Below are positions 1-9,000 of a stretch of 58,515 bases of DNA, in pieces (the stretch's first letter is position 1; every line of letters starts with the position of its first letter). Below the pieces are notes generated by a model. The model was not told the DNA's origin and searched no databases. It saw nothing but the letters and a program-made list of their open reading frames with translations. Origin of the DNA: Pyrinomonadaceae bacterium (GTDB lineage: Bacteria > Acidobacteriota > Blastocatellia > Pyrinomonadales > Pyrinomonadaceae). Both the position numbers and the translations under genes were made by a program. The stretch lies in assembly GCA_013003295.1 (NCBI GenBank), contig JABDJV010000101.1, positions 1-58,515 of the forward strand, written 5' to 3'.

Positions 1-144
1 GTTTGCTGAGTTTGCTGAGTTTGCTGAGTTTGCTGAGTTTGCTGAGTTTGCTGAGTTTGCTGAGTTTGCTGAGTTTTGGTACGCAGCGTAGCCATTAGGA
101 CACAACTCAGTCAACTCGATAAACTCAGTCAACTCAGCCAACTC
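1..144. repeat. Nonamer-periodic inverted repeat: perfect (GTTTGCTGA)x8 at 1-72 facing degenerate complementary 9-mers (AACTCAGTC, AACTCGATA, AACTCAGTC, AACTCAGCC, AACTC) at 104-144
   Basis: Read directly. Left units start at 1,10,19,28,37,46,55,64; right units start at 104,113,122,131,140. The window starts at or inside the array, so the left arm may be longer. Confidence 0.9.
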
Positions 145-152
145 TTAAAATT

Positions 153-356
153 ATGAGAATTATCCTTTGGAATTACGAGCGCGGCACATGGCAGTATGAT
201 ATTTTCTGTCTGCTGATCATTGCGTTTATATTCCTAACGCCAAAAGCCTGGTTTGACAGTAAAGGAAAGATTGCAACCCGAACGGCGTCTAATGTCGTCA
301 AACACCAAGATTTTTCAAACGGTAAGCAAAAAGCGGAAAATCGAATTGTAAAATAA
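153..356 (+). CDS. Hypothetical small membrane protein (67 aa)
   Basis: ATG ORF with one hydrophobic segment (IFCLLIIAFIFL). No family recognised and no clear SD; the start abuts the repeat. Confidence 0.35.
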   Translation: MRIILWNYERGTWQYDIFCLLIIAFIFLTPKAWFDSKGKIATRTASNVVKHQDFSNGKQKAENRIVK

Positions 357-457
357 ATTAATAAAGTCAGAAACTCTGCCCTTCAATTTTGCCCCGTAAA
401 ATGTTAGAACCTATCTTTTCTTTCTATACATCTATCTAACATATTGGAGTTATTAAT

Positions 458-1144
458 ATGAGAAATTATTCAAAGATCATCTTGATGAGCATCGCTTTTG
501 TGATGTTTTTCTCGGTTGGCAGTGTTGCTGAATCGCAGGGTCAACAACTCAACGAAATATATAAACGAATGCAGGCCCATCGAAATGCGTTAAGCTCGCT
601 TGTCGCCGGTATTCGAATGGCTCAAACCGACACGGTACTTGATGAAACAGATGTTTACAGCGGTATGGTCAAGTATCTTCCTACAAAAGGAAAAGAGGCT
701 TATGTGCGCATCGACTGGAAAAAGCCGCTGATCGAAACGCTCGCAGTAGCAAATGGTAAATACGTTATTTACACGCCGAGACGTAAACAGGCGATCGTCG
801 GCTCGACTAAGGACGCCGGAAAAGGCAGTCAGCAAAACAGCGCGCTGGCCTTTATGAATATGTCCAGCGCCGAATTAAGGGCAAATTATTTAACGGCATA
901 TCTTGGGGTCGAAAAAGTCGGCGGAAAGGACATGTGGCATTTGAATATGGTGCCAAAGAAGAAAACCAGCTATAAGATGGCGGATCTTTGGGTTGATGGA
1001 AACGGAATGCCGATTCAAGTCAAGATCACAGAGAACAATGATGATACAAAAACGATCTTGCTTTCGAATTTGCAGAAGAACATTACGATCAAAGCGAGCG
1101 ATTTTAGGGTAGATCTTCCAAAAGGAACGAAGATCATCAGATAG
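458..1144 (+). CDS. LolA-like / outer-membrane lipoprotein-sorting family protein (secreted)
   Basis: N-terminal signal peptide (KIILMSIAFVMFFSVGSVAES). Size of 228 aa and overall pattern resemble LolA-like carriers. A strong terminator follows. Confidence 0.55.
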   Translation: MRNYSKIILMSIAFVMFFSVGSVAESQGQQLNEIYKRMQAHRNALSSLVAGIRMAQTDTVLDETDVYSGMVKYLPTKGKEAYVRIDWKKPLIETLAVANGKYVIYTPRRKQAIVGSTKDAGKGSQQNSALAFMNMSSAELRANYLTAYLGVEKVGGKDMWHLNMVPKKKTSYKMADLWVDGNGMPIQVKITENNDDTKTILLSNLQKNITIKASDFRVDLPKGTKIIR

Positions 1145-1167
1145 GACGGGCTTTGGTAATTTTACGG

Positions 1168-1204
1168 AAAAGGCTTTGACCGAGGCGGTCAGAGCCTTTT
1201 TATA
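1168..1204 (+). terminator. Rho-independent terminator
   Basis: GGCTTTGACCG (1172-1182), loop AGG, CGGTCAGAGCC (1186-1196). This gives an 11-bp stem with one G-T pair, followed by TTTTTAT. Confidence 0.75.
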
Positions 1205-1210
1205 CGGTCG

Positions 1211-1262
1211 GGTATTGAGTTCGGAGAGTTGACCGAGTTTACTGGGAGTTGGCTGAGTTTTA
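1211..1262. repeat. Single-arm degenerate nonamer array (GAGTT-NNNN)
   Basis: GAGTT recurs at 1217, 1226, 1235, 1246 and 1255 (spacing 9, 9, 11, 9). Same unit family as 1-144, 39850-39969 and 49829-49915. No complementary arm seen nearby. Confidence 0.6.
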
Positions 1263-1263
1263 C

Positions 1264-1462
1264 CGTCCCGAATGGGACGATTGCTACTAGCCCCGCCATT
1301 TATGGCGGGGAATGACGATGGGATTATTTCGAGTCCCGTTAGGGACGACTGGATAATCCCGTTGATCTTTATAGTTCAGCCGTCCCTGGCGGGACTAAAA
1401 GCCGAATTCAAGTTACCCCCGCGATAAATCGCGGGGCTATTGTCGTTAGTCCCTTTTGGGAC
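1264..1462. repeat. Cluster of six short GC-rich hairpins arranged as two mirror-image triads
   Basis: The six hairpins are CGTCCC-GAAT-GGGACG (1264-1279), CCCCGCCA-TTTA-TGGCGGGG (1291-1310), GTCCC-GTTA-GGGAC (1333-1346), GTCCC-TGGC-GGGAC (1382-1395), CCCCGCGA-TAAA-TCGCGGGG (1417-1436) and GTCCC-TTTT-GGGAC (1449-1462). The spacer GGGACGATTGCTACTAGCCCC is roughly the reverse complement of GGGGCTATTGTCGTTAGTCCC. Confidence 0.8.
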
Positions 1463-1513
1463 ATGGATTGCTAAATGAGGGACGTGTATCGCTAAACGAG
1501 GCTTTTCTACTGT

Positions 1514-1542
1514 TTGAAAAGCGCACAGCCAGTCTTTATAAT
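1514..1542 (+). promoter_or_regulatory. Sigma70-type promoter candidate for the radical SAM gene
   Basis: TTGAAA (1514-1519), 17-nt spacer, TATAAT (1537-1542), about 39 nt upstream of ATG 1581. GAGG at 1567-1570 is a possible SD. Confidence 0.55.
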
Positions 1543-1580
1543 GATTCACTTGGTTTTAACGCGTTAGAGGTTTATTTTCT

Positions 1581-2606
1581 ATGCCAAAGGCAAGCAGTTT
1601 TAGCAGGTTTACAAGGGGCGTAAAGCACACCGCGCGTGCATTTGCTTCGACAAAGCATCCGGTGTTGGTACATATCGTACCGATGCGGCGGTGTAACCTC
1701 TCCTGCACATACTGTAACGAATACGACAAAACTTCGGATCCGGTACCGATCAAAACGATGCTCGGGCGGATCGATAAGCTTGCCGAATTTGGCTCGTCGG
1801 TGATCACTATCTCGGGCGGTGAACCAATGATGCACCCGGAGATCTACGAGATAATCGCGCGGATCCGTCACCACGGAATGATCGCCGGTTTGATCTCAAA
1901 CGGCTACTATTTCCAGATTCCGAAAATTCATAAGCTTAACGAAGCCGGCCTCGATTATCTTCAGATCTCGATCGACAACGTCACTCCCGACGATGTTTCG
2001 AAAAAGAGTTTGAAAGTGCTCGATGCAAAGCTGGTAAACTTGTCCGAACACGCAAAATTCAAAGTAAACATCAATTCCGTGGTCGGCGGCGGCGTGGCCA
2101 ATCCCGATGAGGCCCTGGTAATCGCAAACCGTGCGATCGAGCTTGGTTTCTCCTCAACCGTCGGTGTGATCCACGACGAAATGGGCCTAAACAAAGGCTT
2201 GACCGACCGTGAAAAAGAAGTCTACAAAGAGATCAAATCAAAGGGCGCGAGAAGCTACGCGCGTTGGAATTGGTTTCAGGACGAACTCGTCGAAGGCAAT
2301 GAATACGAATGGCGCTGCCGGGCGGGCGCGAGATACTTGTATATCTGTGAAGACGGCCTGGTCCACTGGTGCTCGCAGCAGCGCGGCACACCAGGCACAC
2401 CGCTTCTTGAATACACCCACAAAGATATGGAGCGCGAGTACATCACCGAAAAATGGTGCGCCCCAACCTGCACCATCCAATGCGTCCACCAGGTCGGACA
2501 TCTGGACGCCTGGCGCGACAAGCAGATCTCGCCTGAAGAATACGCGAAAAAGAATGGCAATGGTTTGAAGAAAAAAACCGTTAAAAGTGTTCTAAATGCG
2601 AAGTGA
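1581..2606 (+). CDS. Radical SAM protein with C-terminal Cys-rich SPASM/twitch-like region
   Basis: CxxxCxxC motif in [14 protein letters not shown] and the SAM-binding-like ISGGEP. The C-terminal [19 protein letters not shown] plus CAPTCTIQC resembles an auxiliary Fe-S cluster domain. Confidence 0.8.
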   Translation: MPKASSFSRFTRGVKHTARAFASTKHPVLVHIVPMRRCNLSCTYCNEYDKTSDPVPIKTMLGRIDKLAEFGSSVITISGGEPMMHPEIYEIIARIRHHGMIAGLISNGYYFQIPKIHKLNEAGLDYLQISIDNVTPDDVSKKSLKVLDAKLVNLSEHAKFKVNINSVVGGGVANPDEALVIANRAIELGFSSTVGVIHDEMGLNKGLTDREKEVYKEIKSKGARSYARWNWFQDELVEGNEYEWRCRAGARYLYICEDGLVHWCSQQRGTPGTPLLEYTHKDMEREYITEKWCAPTCTIQCVHQVGHLDAWRDKQISPEEYAKKNGNGLKKKTVKSVLNAK

Positions 2607-2891
2607 TCAATTCCTGCCGTCTTTCCTTCTGAATCAATATATTCCACCGATCGAACACAAGTCGGTGACTACTTTTGAGTACGCCGATCAGTTGTACACA
2701 TAGGTTTGGCAATAGTTCGAGACTCGAATTAGCTTCGGAGCAGTCCTGTGACTGTGTTAATCTGACTAAAAAAATGCACGTTATGAGATCGGAGCGACCC
2801 GTCGGCGAATCCAGGCGCGAATGATCTAGAATAGCTACACAGACCAAAAAAATATGGATCGCCTGCTGAGGAAACACACTAGGAGGATGAA

Positions 2892-3461
2892 ATGCTTTCT
2901 GAAGACAAAATGATAGTTGCATTAAACGATCTTTCTGACGAGGCTACGCTTCGTGGCGCAATTACCTTGCTGCAAACAAACCACGCACCGAAACATTTGA
3001 CCGCGACTCACACCAGACCGGCCGACAGAGGATATGGTGCGGCATTTTTTATGAAACGGAAAATGATAACGACGCAGATTACGAAGGTTGTTTGGGGGAA
3101 GCCGCAGGTACGTAATGTCCGGACGCCGAGTCACGAATTCGGGGATTACGAAGGAATTGACCGAACGGATGAATTCAGGATCGTTTCGCATATCGGCAAA
3201 TGCGATTTCGGCGCGATCGTAGACAATCATGCAAAAACGTCAAATTCGTTTATATTTTTCACAGAGATCCCGAAACCTTATGTTGGTTTTGATTGGATTC
3301 GAGACAAGAGTCTTCCGATCGAGGGAGGCTATCTCGGGGCAGTTATCGCCAAGCGCAGGCGCAACTGGAAAATACTAACGGCGTTTCCTTGCGGTTACCC
3401 TTATTACTCCAGGATGGGCGCAAAAGTTATACATAGAAGGGGAGGTTCCTGGAGTCTTTAG
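2892..3461 (+). CDS. Hypothetical protein (189 aa)
   Basis: Strong SD: AGGAGG lies 5 nt before ATG 2892. No family recognised. Confidence 0.5.
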   Translation: MLSEDKMIVALNDLSDEATLRGAITLLQTNHAPKHLTATHTRPADRGYGAAFFMKRKMITTQITKVVWGKPQVRNVRTPSHEFGDYEGIDRTDEFRIVSHIGKCDFGAIVDNHAKTSNSFIFFTEIPKPYVGFDWIRDKSLPIEGGYLGAVIAKRRRNWKILTAFPCGYPYYSRMGAKVIHRRGGSWSL

Positions 3462-3626
3462 ACCCCCCAAAAGCGAATTTGTTTATCAGCGAGTGTCGGT
3501 TTTCGAACTCGGCGCAAAGGAGCAAATCGCCAGTTATCCATAAATAATTAACCTCGGCGGCACCGTTGGAGAGTTCAATCCTGCAAAATTCCGGCGATGG
3601 TAATGTTTAGCTAGAAAGAACAACCG

Positions 3627-4280
3627 ATGCTCGAAGAATCGATAAAGTGCTCCCTTTGTGCATCGGAAAAAACCGATTTCTTCTTCGAAGACAAGTTTCG
3701 ACCATATAATAGATGCCGCAATTGCTCGCTGATCTTTGTCACGCCGGAATTTCATGTCTCCCGTGAAAGAGAAAAATCCCGCTACGAAGAACATAACAAC
3801 GATCCGGACGATCGCGGCTACCGCGATTTTCTTGAAAGAATCACCCTTCCAATTAAAGACAAATTCGACCCTCCTGCTCGCGGGCTAGACTTCGGCTGCG
3901 GTCCGACGACGCTGCTTGCTGATATTTTGAGCGAAAAGGGATTTGAAATGGATGTTTATGATCTGTTTTACCAGCCGGACACAAGCGTTCTTGAAAAGAA
4001 GTTCGACTTTATTGTGACAACCGAAGTGGTCGAACATTTAGCCAAGCCTCTCGATGTTTTTGAAATGCTCCTGTCAATGCTCAAGCCAAATGGAATGCTT
4101 GCCGTGATGACCCGTCTTCATGATGACTCGATCGATTTTAAAACCTGGCATTACAAGAACGACCCGACCCACATCTGCTTTTTCTCTGTCGAAACATTTG
4201 AATGGCTGTCGGCACGTCTGGGTGTTGAGCACCGAAGGGTCGAGAGCGACATATACGTTTTTGCGCAATTGGTTGAGTAG
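3627..4280 (+). CDS. Class I SAM-dependent methyltransferase with N-terminal zinc-ribbon
   Basis: CSLC...CRNC four-Cys ribbon at the N-terminus. Motif I-like LDFGCGPT, then DFIVTTEVVEHL. Confidence 0.75.
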   Translation: MLEESIKCSLCASEKTDFFFEDKFRPYNRCRNCSLIFVTPEFHVSREREKSRYEEHNNDPDDRGYRDFLERITLPIKDKFDPPARGLDFGCGPTTLLADILSEKGFEMDVYDLFYQPDTSVLEKKFDFIVTTEVVEHLAKPLDVFEMLLSMLKPNGMLAVMTRLHDDSIDFKTWHYKNDPTHICFFSVETFEWLSARLGVEHRRVESDIYVFAQLVE

Positions 4281-4341
4281 TGTTCGTAAATCAATTCAGA
4301 ATAGGGTAACCGTTTCGGTTCAATATAAAATGGGTTCCCGT

Positions 4342-4500
4342 GTAGCCACCCGGTTTACCGGGTGGTCATAGTTGTTGCCGTTGTCCACCCGCTGAAGCGG
4401 GTGGCTAAACAAAGCCGGCGACTAATCACAGTTTCCGGGAAACAATGGATAGATCCTCAGTTACCCGCTGTGTCTGATATAGACCCGGTTTACCGGGTGG
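4342..4500. repeat. GTAG-headed GC-rich hairpin cluster (REP/BIME-like)
   Basis: GTAG then CCACCCGG-TTTA-CCGGGTGG (4346-4365); CCACCCGC-TGAA-GCGGGTGG (4385-4404); ACCCGG-TTTA-CCGGGT (4483-4498). TAGCCACCCG (4343-4352) can alternatively pair with CGGGTGGCTA (4398-4407). Confidence 0.75.
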
Positions 4501-4606
4501 TCCTAGCAGGAAATATTTCAGGGCGTTTTAACGTCCTTTTCCCTTCGGCTTTAGCCCGAGAGCGCAAGCCCGCAGAAAACAAAGCACCACTACATTTCGC
4601 GAATTC

Positions 4607-4615
4607 TGATATAAT
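4607..4615 (+). promoter_or_regulatory. Extended -10 promoter candidate upstream of mscS-like gene
   Basis: TGATATAAT matches TGnTATAAT and sits 53 nt upstream of ATG 4668. No good -35. Confidence 0.35.
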
Positions 4616-4667
4616 CCATAAACTCAATTAATTAGAGACGTTTTCCGGATTTTCGAGCGAAATTCTT

Positions 4668-5597
4668 ATGCAGGATTTTATTCAATGGATACAGATGAAT
4701 CTCGGTTTGACCGCAACGGTTCAGACCAACATCTTTACGTCTGCAATCGTCATCCTCCTGCTTATCGTTACTCGAAGGATCGTTCTGATTTTTGTCAATC
4801 GAAAGACTCAGGACATTGGTATTCGCTACCGCTGGCGAAAAACGACAAGCTATATCACCTTCGGGCTTGCAGTGCTTATCGTTGGCAGCGTCTGGTTTCG
4901 CGGTTTTCAATCGCTTACAACATATCTGGGATTGGTTTCCGCGGGAATCGCGATCGCTCTTCAAACTCCTCTGGTAAATCTTGCAGGCTGGTTCTTTATA
5001 ATTTGGCGAAGGCCTTTTATCGTCGGCGATCGGATCGAGATCGGAACCGTCCGGGGGGATGTGATCGATCAAAGGATCTTTATGTTTTCCTTAATGGAGA
5101 TCGGTAACTGGGTGGATGCTGAACAAAGCACGGGCCGTGTGATCCACGTTCCAAACGGAAAGGTCTTTTCCGAACCGCTGGCAAATTATACCGATGGATT
5201 TCAATACATTTGGAACGAGATTCCTGTCCTCATAACCTTTGAAAGCAACTGGCAAAAGGCAAAGGAAATTCTTTTTGAGGTCGCGGGAAACCGCGGAGAG
5301 GAATTCACCGATAGTGCCGAAAGACAAATCAAACAGGCGGCCAGCAAGATGATGATCTACCTTAACAAGCTTACACCGATCGTTTATACGACGGTAAAAG
5401 ATCATGGCGTCATGCTGACGATGCGTTATTTGTGCAATCCCCGCAGGCGGCGCGGCTCAGAGCAAGAGATCTGGGAAGATATTTTGACCGCTTTCGGTGA
5501 TTGCCCGGATATTGATTTTGCGTACCCAACGCAGAGACATTATCTCAATCACATTGAAGGAAAAGAGGAAGCGAGAGCGAAAGCGGAATCCAGGTAG
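4668..5597 (+). CDS. Mechanosensitive ion channel, MscS family
   Basis: Several N-terminal TM segments, then the MscS beta-domain signature region FIVGDRIEIGTVRGDVIDQRIF...VIHVPNGKVFSEPLANYT. Confidence 0.8.
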   Translation: MQDFIQWIQMNLGLTATVQTNIFTSAIVILLLIVTRRIVLIFVNRKTQDIGIRYRWRKTTSYITFGLAVLIVGSVWFRGFQSLTTYLGLVSAGIAIALQTPLVNLAGWFFIIWRRPFIVGDRIEIGTVRGDVIDQRIFMFSLMEIGNWVDAEQSTGRVIHVPNGKVFSEPLANYTDGFQYIWNEIPVLITFESNWQKAKEILFEVAGNRGEEFTDSAERQIKQAASKMMIYLNKLTPIVYTTVKDHGVMLTMRYLCNPRRRRGSEQEIWEDILTAFGDCPDIDFAYPTQRHYLNHIEGKEEARAKAESR

Positions 5598-5897
5598 GCA
5601 TTAGTTAATGCGTCCTGAATCAACCGCCTTTCAGATCCAGGAACCGCAGCAAAGTAAACGTGTTCTTATTGATGGAAAAATGATCTTTTGACCAAGGTGC
5701 ATATAAAAATATTCTAAAATATTTATCTAAAATGATAAAATTATGGCATTTTGTTATAAACTAAATACGAATTTTGAAGACGATTTTTAAAACTGTGATA
5801 GGGTCTCTGTATTGATTCATATCCAACCAGATTTTAAGAGACTGCTGACTGAGGCTTGTGTCCCTTATTTGAGAGTTTTTCTTCTAGTATAAAAACC

Positions 5898-5925
5898 TTG
5901 ACAGGGCTAATTCACCGAATATAGG
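5898..5925 (+). promoter_or_regulatory. Sigma70-type promoter candidate upstream of TonB-dependent receptor
   Basis: TTGACA (5898-5903), 16-nt spacer, TATAGG (5920-5925). It follows a very AT-rich tract. A 10-bp stem hairpin, CCGCTTTTTC...GAAAAAGCGG (5986-6016), lies in the predicted leader. Confidence 0.4.
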
Positions 5926-6057
5926 ATGCCTGTAATAAGGATATAGACTTAGGATCAATCAGTAATTGAGTATTGGCTCGTATAACCGCTTTTTCGCCGT
6001 CCCGGGGAAAAAGCGGCTACTGCGAATTTCAGGCTTTGACAGGGAGAAAAACTAGCT

Positions 6058-9000
6058 ATGAAAAGGTATTTATGTGAACGCATTATTGGTTTGGTGATGA
6101 TGTCGCTTTTGGCGGCTGGAATGCTCGCAGCCCAGGAAACAACGGGACAGATCGAGGGAACCGTTGTCGATGGAACAAAGGCGGTGATTCCCGGTGCCAC
6201 CGTTACGGTCACACACGTAGCTACGAATACGATCTACACCGCGACAACCTCGAGTGGCGGGAAATTTGCTGTTCCAAACGCCCGTCTCGGAATGTATACA
6301 GTTGCAATCGAAGCAGCCAGTTTCCGCCGGACGGTGGTCCGGGATGTCCTCGTAGAAGTTGGAAAGACTGCCAGTCTGAAGATCACCATGCAAGTCGGGG
6401 GTATTCAGGAGGAAGTAGTCGTTGATGCCTCCGAAGCGCAGGAGTTGGTAAATACAACAAATGCCGAATTGAGTACAGTCGTTGATGAACGCCGGGTTCA
6501 GGAATTACCTCTTAACGGCCGTAATGCGTCGCATCTGGCGCTGAATGAAGCCGGCGTTTACCACGAGCGAAGCCCTGACGGACAGGGAAACAAGTTGATA
6601 GTTCATGGACAACGGCATAGTTCAGTCAACATTAGTCTCGACGGTATTGATACCCAAGATAATCTGATTCGCACCTCGACCATTATGCTCGATCAGCCGC
6701 TGCTTCCGCTTGCGGCAGAAAACGTTCAGGAGTTTAAGGTAGTTACTGGAATTTCGTCGGCTGAGTACAGCCGCGGCGGAGTTCAGATCTCTGCAGTAAC
6801 ACGTTCGGGCGGGAATGAGTTTCACGGCTCAGTTTTCTGGTTTCACCGAAACGATATTTTCAATGCTAACGACTTCTTTAATAATGGCGCCGGGGTGGAA
6901 AGGCCCAAGCTTATCAGGAATCAATTTGGCGGACGTATCGGCGGTCCGATCTTCAAAGATAAAACATTCTTCTTCTTTGGCTATGAGCAGCAGCGTCAGT
7001 CCCGCGGAATCGCAGTAAACCGGACGGTCTATACTGCCGAGGCAAGACAAGGGATTTTCCGGTACCTGGACAACGTCTTGACGACACCCGAAAATGTGGC
7101 AGCAAATCCGGGTTTGATTCGCACGGTAAATCTCCTGGAATGCAGTGCAAACGTTCAGGCACTGAATGGTCAATTTTGTGTTGACGACCGCTTTGACATG
7201 GCAAACCCGACAAGCCTCGATCCCTTTATTGCCGGCACGGTCTTCCCGTCGATTCCTTTGCCGAATAATTTTGTACTTGGTGATGGATTGAATACCGGCG
7301 GCTTCCGGTTCAATGCGGCTTCACTTTTGTATCAACATCTACCGTCCTTCAGGCTTGATCACAAATTTAATGATAATCACAGCTTTTTTGGAACGATCAA
7401 TTATACCGACAGGGAAATTGACGGAGATTTTATTAACAATCGCGAACCGAGATTTCCGGATCTGGGCCCGCTCGGCGCCCGCTTGACCCATTCGAAGGGT
7501 TTTGGCGCAGGTCTCAGATCGACCTTTTCACCGACGATCTTTAACGAATTTCGTTTTGGATTTCTTGGCGGTGAAAACGCCTTCCAGCGAAAACAGCCAT
7601 ATGGAACGTCGTATACGATAAATCTAAATACTGTAACCGACCCCTATGAGCCGGGCGGAGGCGATTCTGTTCGCGACAACGTTACCGTCCACTTCCGGGA
7701 TACGTTGACCTGGATCCGCGGCGATCACCAATTGAAATTTGGCGGGGAGTTTCGTCACAGATGGGTAGATAACTACAGCTTCTTTGCGACTTCACCGGAG
7801 TTTCTTATGGATGACAACGCTTTTTCACCGGGATTTAGCGAGAGCGATCTCGAAAGGCTGGCGACAGGAAACACCAGCGGCGACATCGAATCCGCAGACA
7901 TCGAAAGAGCGCGCGATCTGATGAATAATCTCGTTGGAGCGATCAGCACCGTCGAAATTCGATACAATGCAACAGATATTAACTCCGGTTTTGTTCCGGG
8001 CGCTCCCGAAAGGAAGAAATACCGGGTTCGGGAGTATGATTTCTTTGTTCAGGATAATTGGAATCTAAAACCAAACCTTACGCTCAACCTCGGAGTGCGC
8101 TGGGAGTATGCCGGAGTGCCGATCGAGACTCAGGGACTGCTGCTTCTGCCTGACGGCGGTGAAGATTCGGTTTTTGGTGTTTCCGGTCCTGATGGTTATT
8201 TTAACCCGGGAGTGTTTAACGGCACACCATGTCCGACTTTAGGAATGCTGCCGTTGGCTCCAACCTCAGCAAATGTAACCGCCCTGTTCGATGCATGTAC
8301 GGTGAAATATTCTCCGGGCGGTGCCAACAACGGGCGTCCGTTTTGGGATAATGACTATAACAATTTCGCACCGGTAATCGGCGTCGCATGGAATCCGTTT
8401 AAGGATGGAAAAACATCGATTCGCGCCGGTTTCCGTATTAGTTACGCACAGAATAACTTCAACATCGTCGATGGTAATGCAGATGACAATGAAGGACTGA
8501 CGGTAAATCAAACCTGTATTCCTGACGACGGTACTTGCGTCACCAATACCCTGTTCTTAAGAGATTTGGGTGCAAACCTGCCGGTTCCTGCAGTGCCGGC
8601 GTTCAATCTTCCCGCCTCGCGTTCGATCTTAGACAGTACCACGCAGGACCATCGTTCGTTCACGAGCAATTTGGGAACTCCGACTTATACCGAATGGACA
8701 GTTGGATTCCAGCGCGAAATTATTCCGGATCTGGCCGTTGAAGTGCGATATGTAGGAAACCGGGGTGATAATCTTCGCCGCGTTGAAGACTACAACGAAT
8801 ACAATATCAATGCATTCGATCCGATTTCGGGAATGACATACCTGGATTCGTTCCTGCTTGCTCAGCAAAATCTTGCCTGTAACCGGGCAAATGGTGAAGA
8901 GCGCTGGGACACCCGAGGTCATGCTTGCAGTGTTGCCAATCCTTTGCTCATGGATTTGATCGCCGCGGACCCGTCACGGTTAAGGAGCGGAGCTAATCGC

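Noticed and set aside
1-72. Nonamer run as the coding repeat of a gene that starts upstream of the window (frames give FAE or LLS repeats).
   Set aside because: One frame contains TGA in every unit. The same unit family occurs at three clearly intergenic sites arranged as inverted arms. This cannot be fully excluded, because the upstream sequence is not visible.
2607-2891. Short ORFs (16 and 19 codons) as RiPP precursor peptides for the radical SAM enzyme.
   Set aside because: No SD and no Cys/Ser/Thr-rich core or leader-like features. They are indistinguishable from random ORFs.
4362-4631. The 89-aa ORF in the track, and similar ORFs at 33280-33480, 51145-51546, 51235-51501, 51431-51655, 53872-54150 and 53970-54191.
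   Set aside because: All lie entirely within hairpin or tandem-repeat DNA. They have no SD and give low-complexity, repeat-derived translations. I treat them as artefacts of the repeats.
5640-5880. Very AT-rich ~240-bp tract upstream of the TonB-dependent receptor, considered as a possible foreign insertion or ncRNA.
   Set aside because: No ORF, repeat or structure is visible. Its position immediately upstream of a TTGACA-N16-TATAGG promoter candidate fits an UP-element or curved-DNA promoter region.
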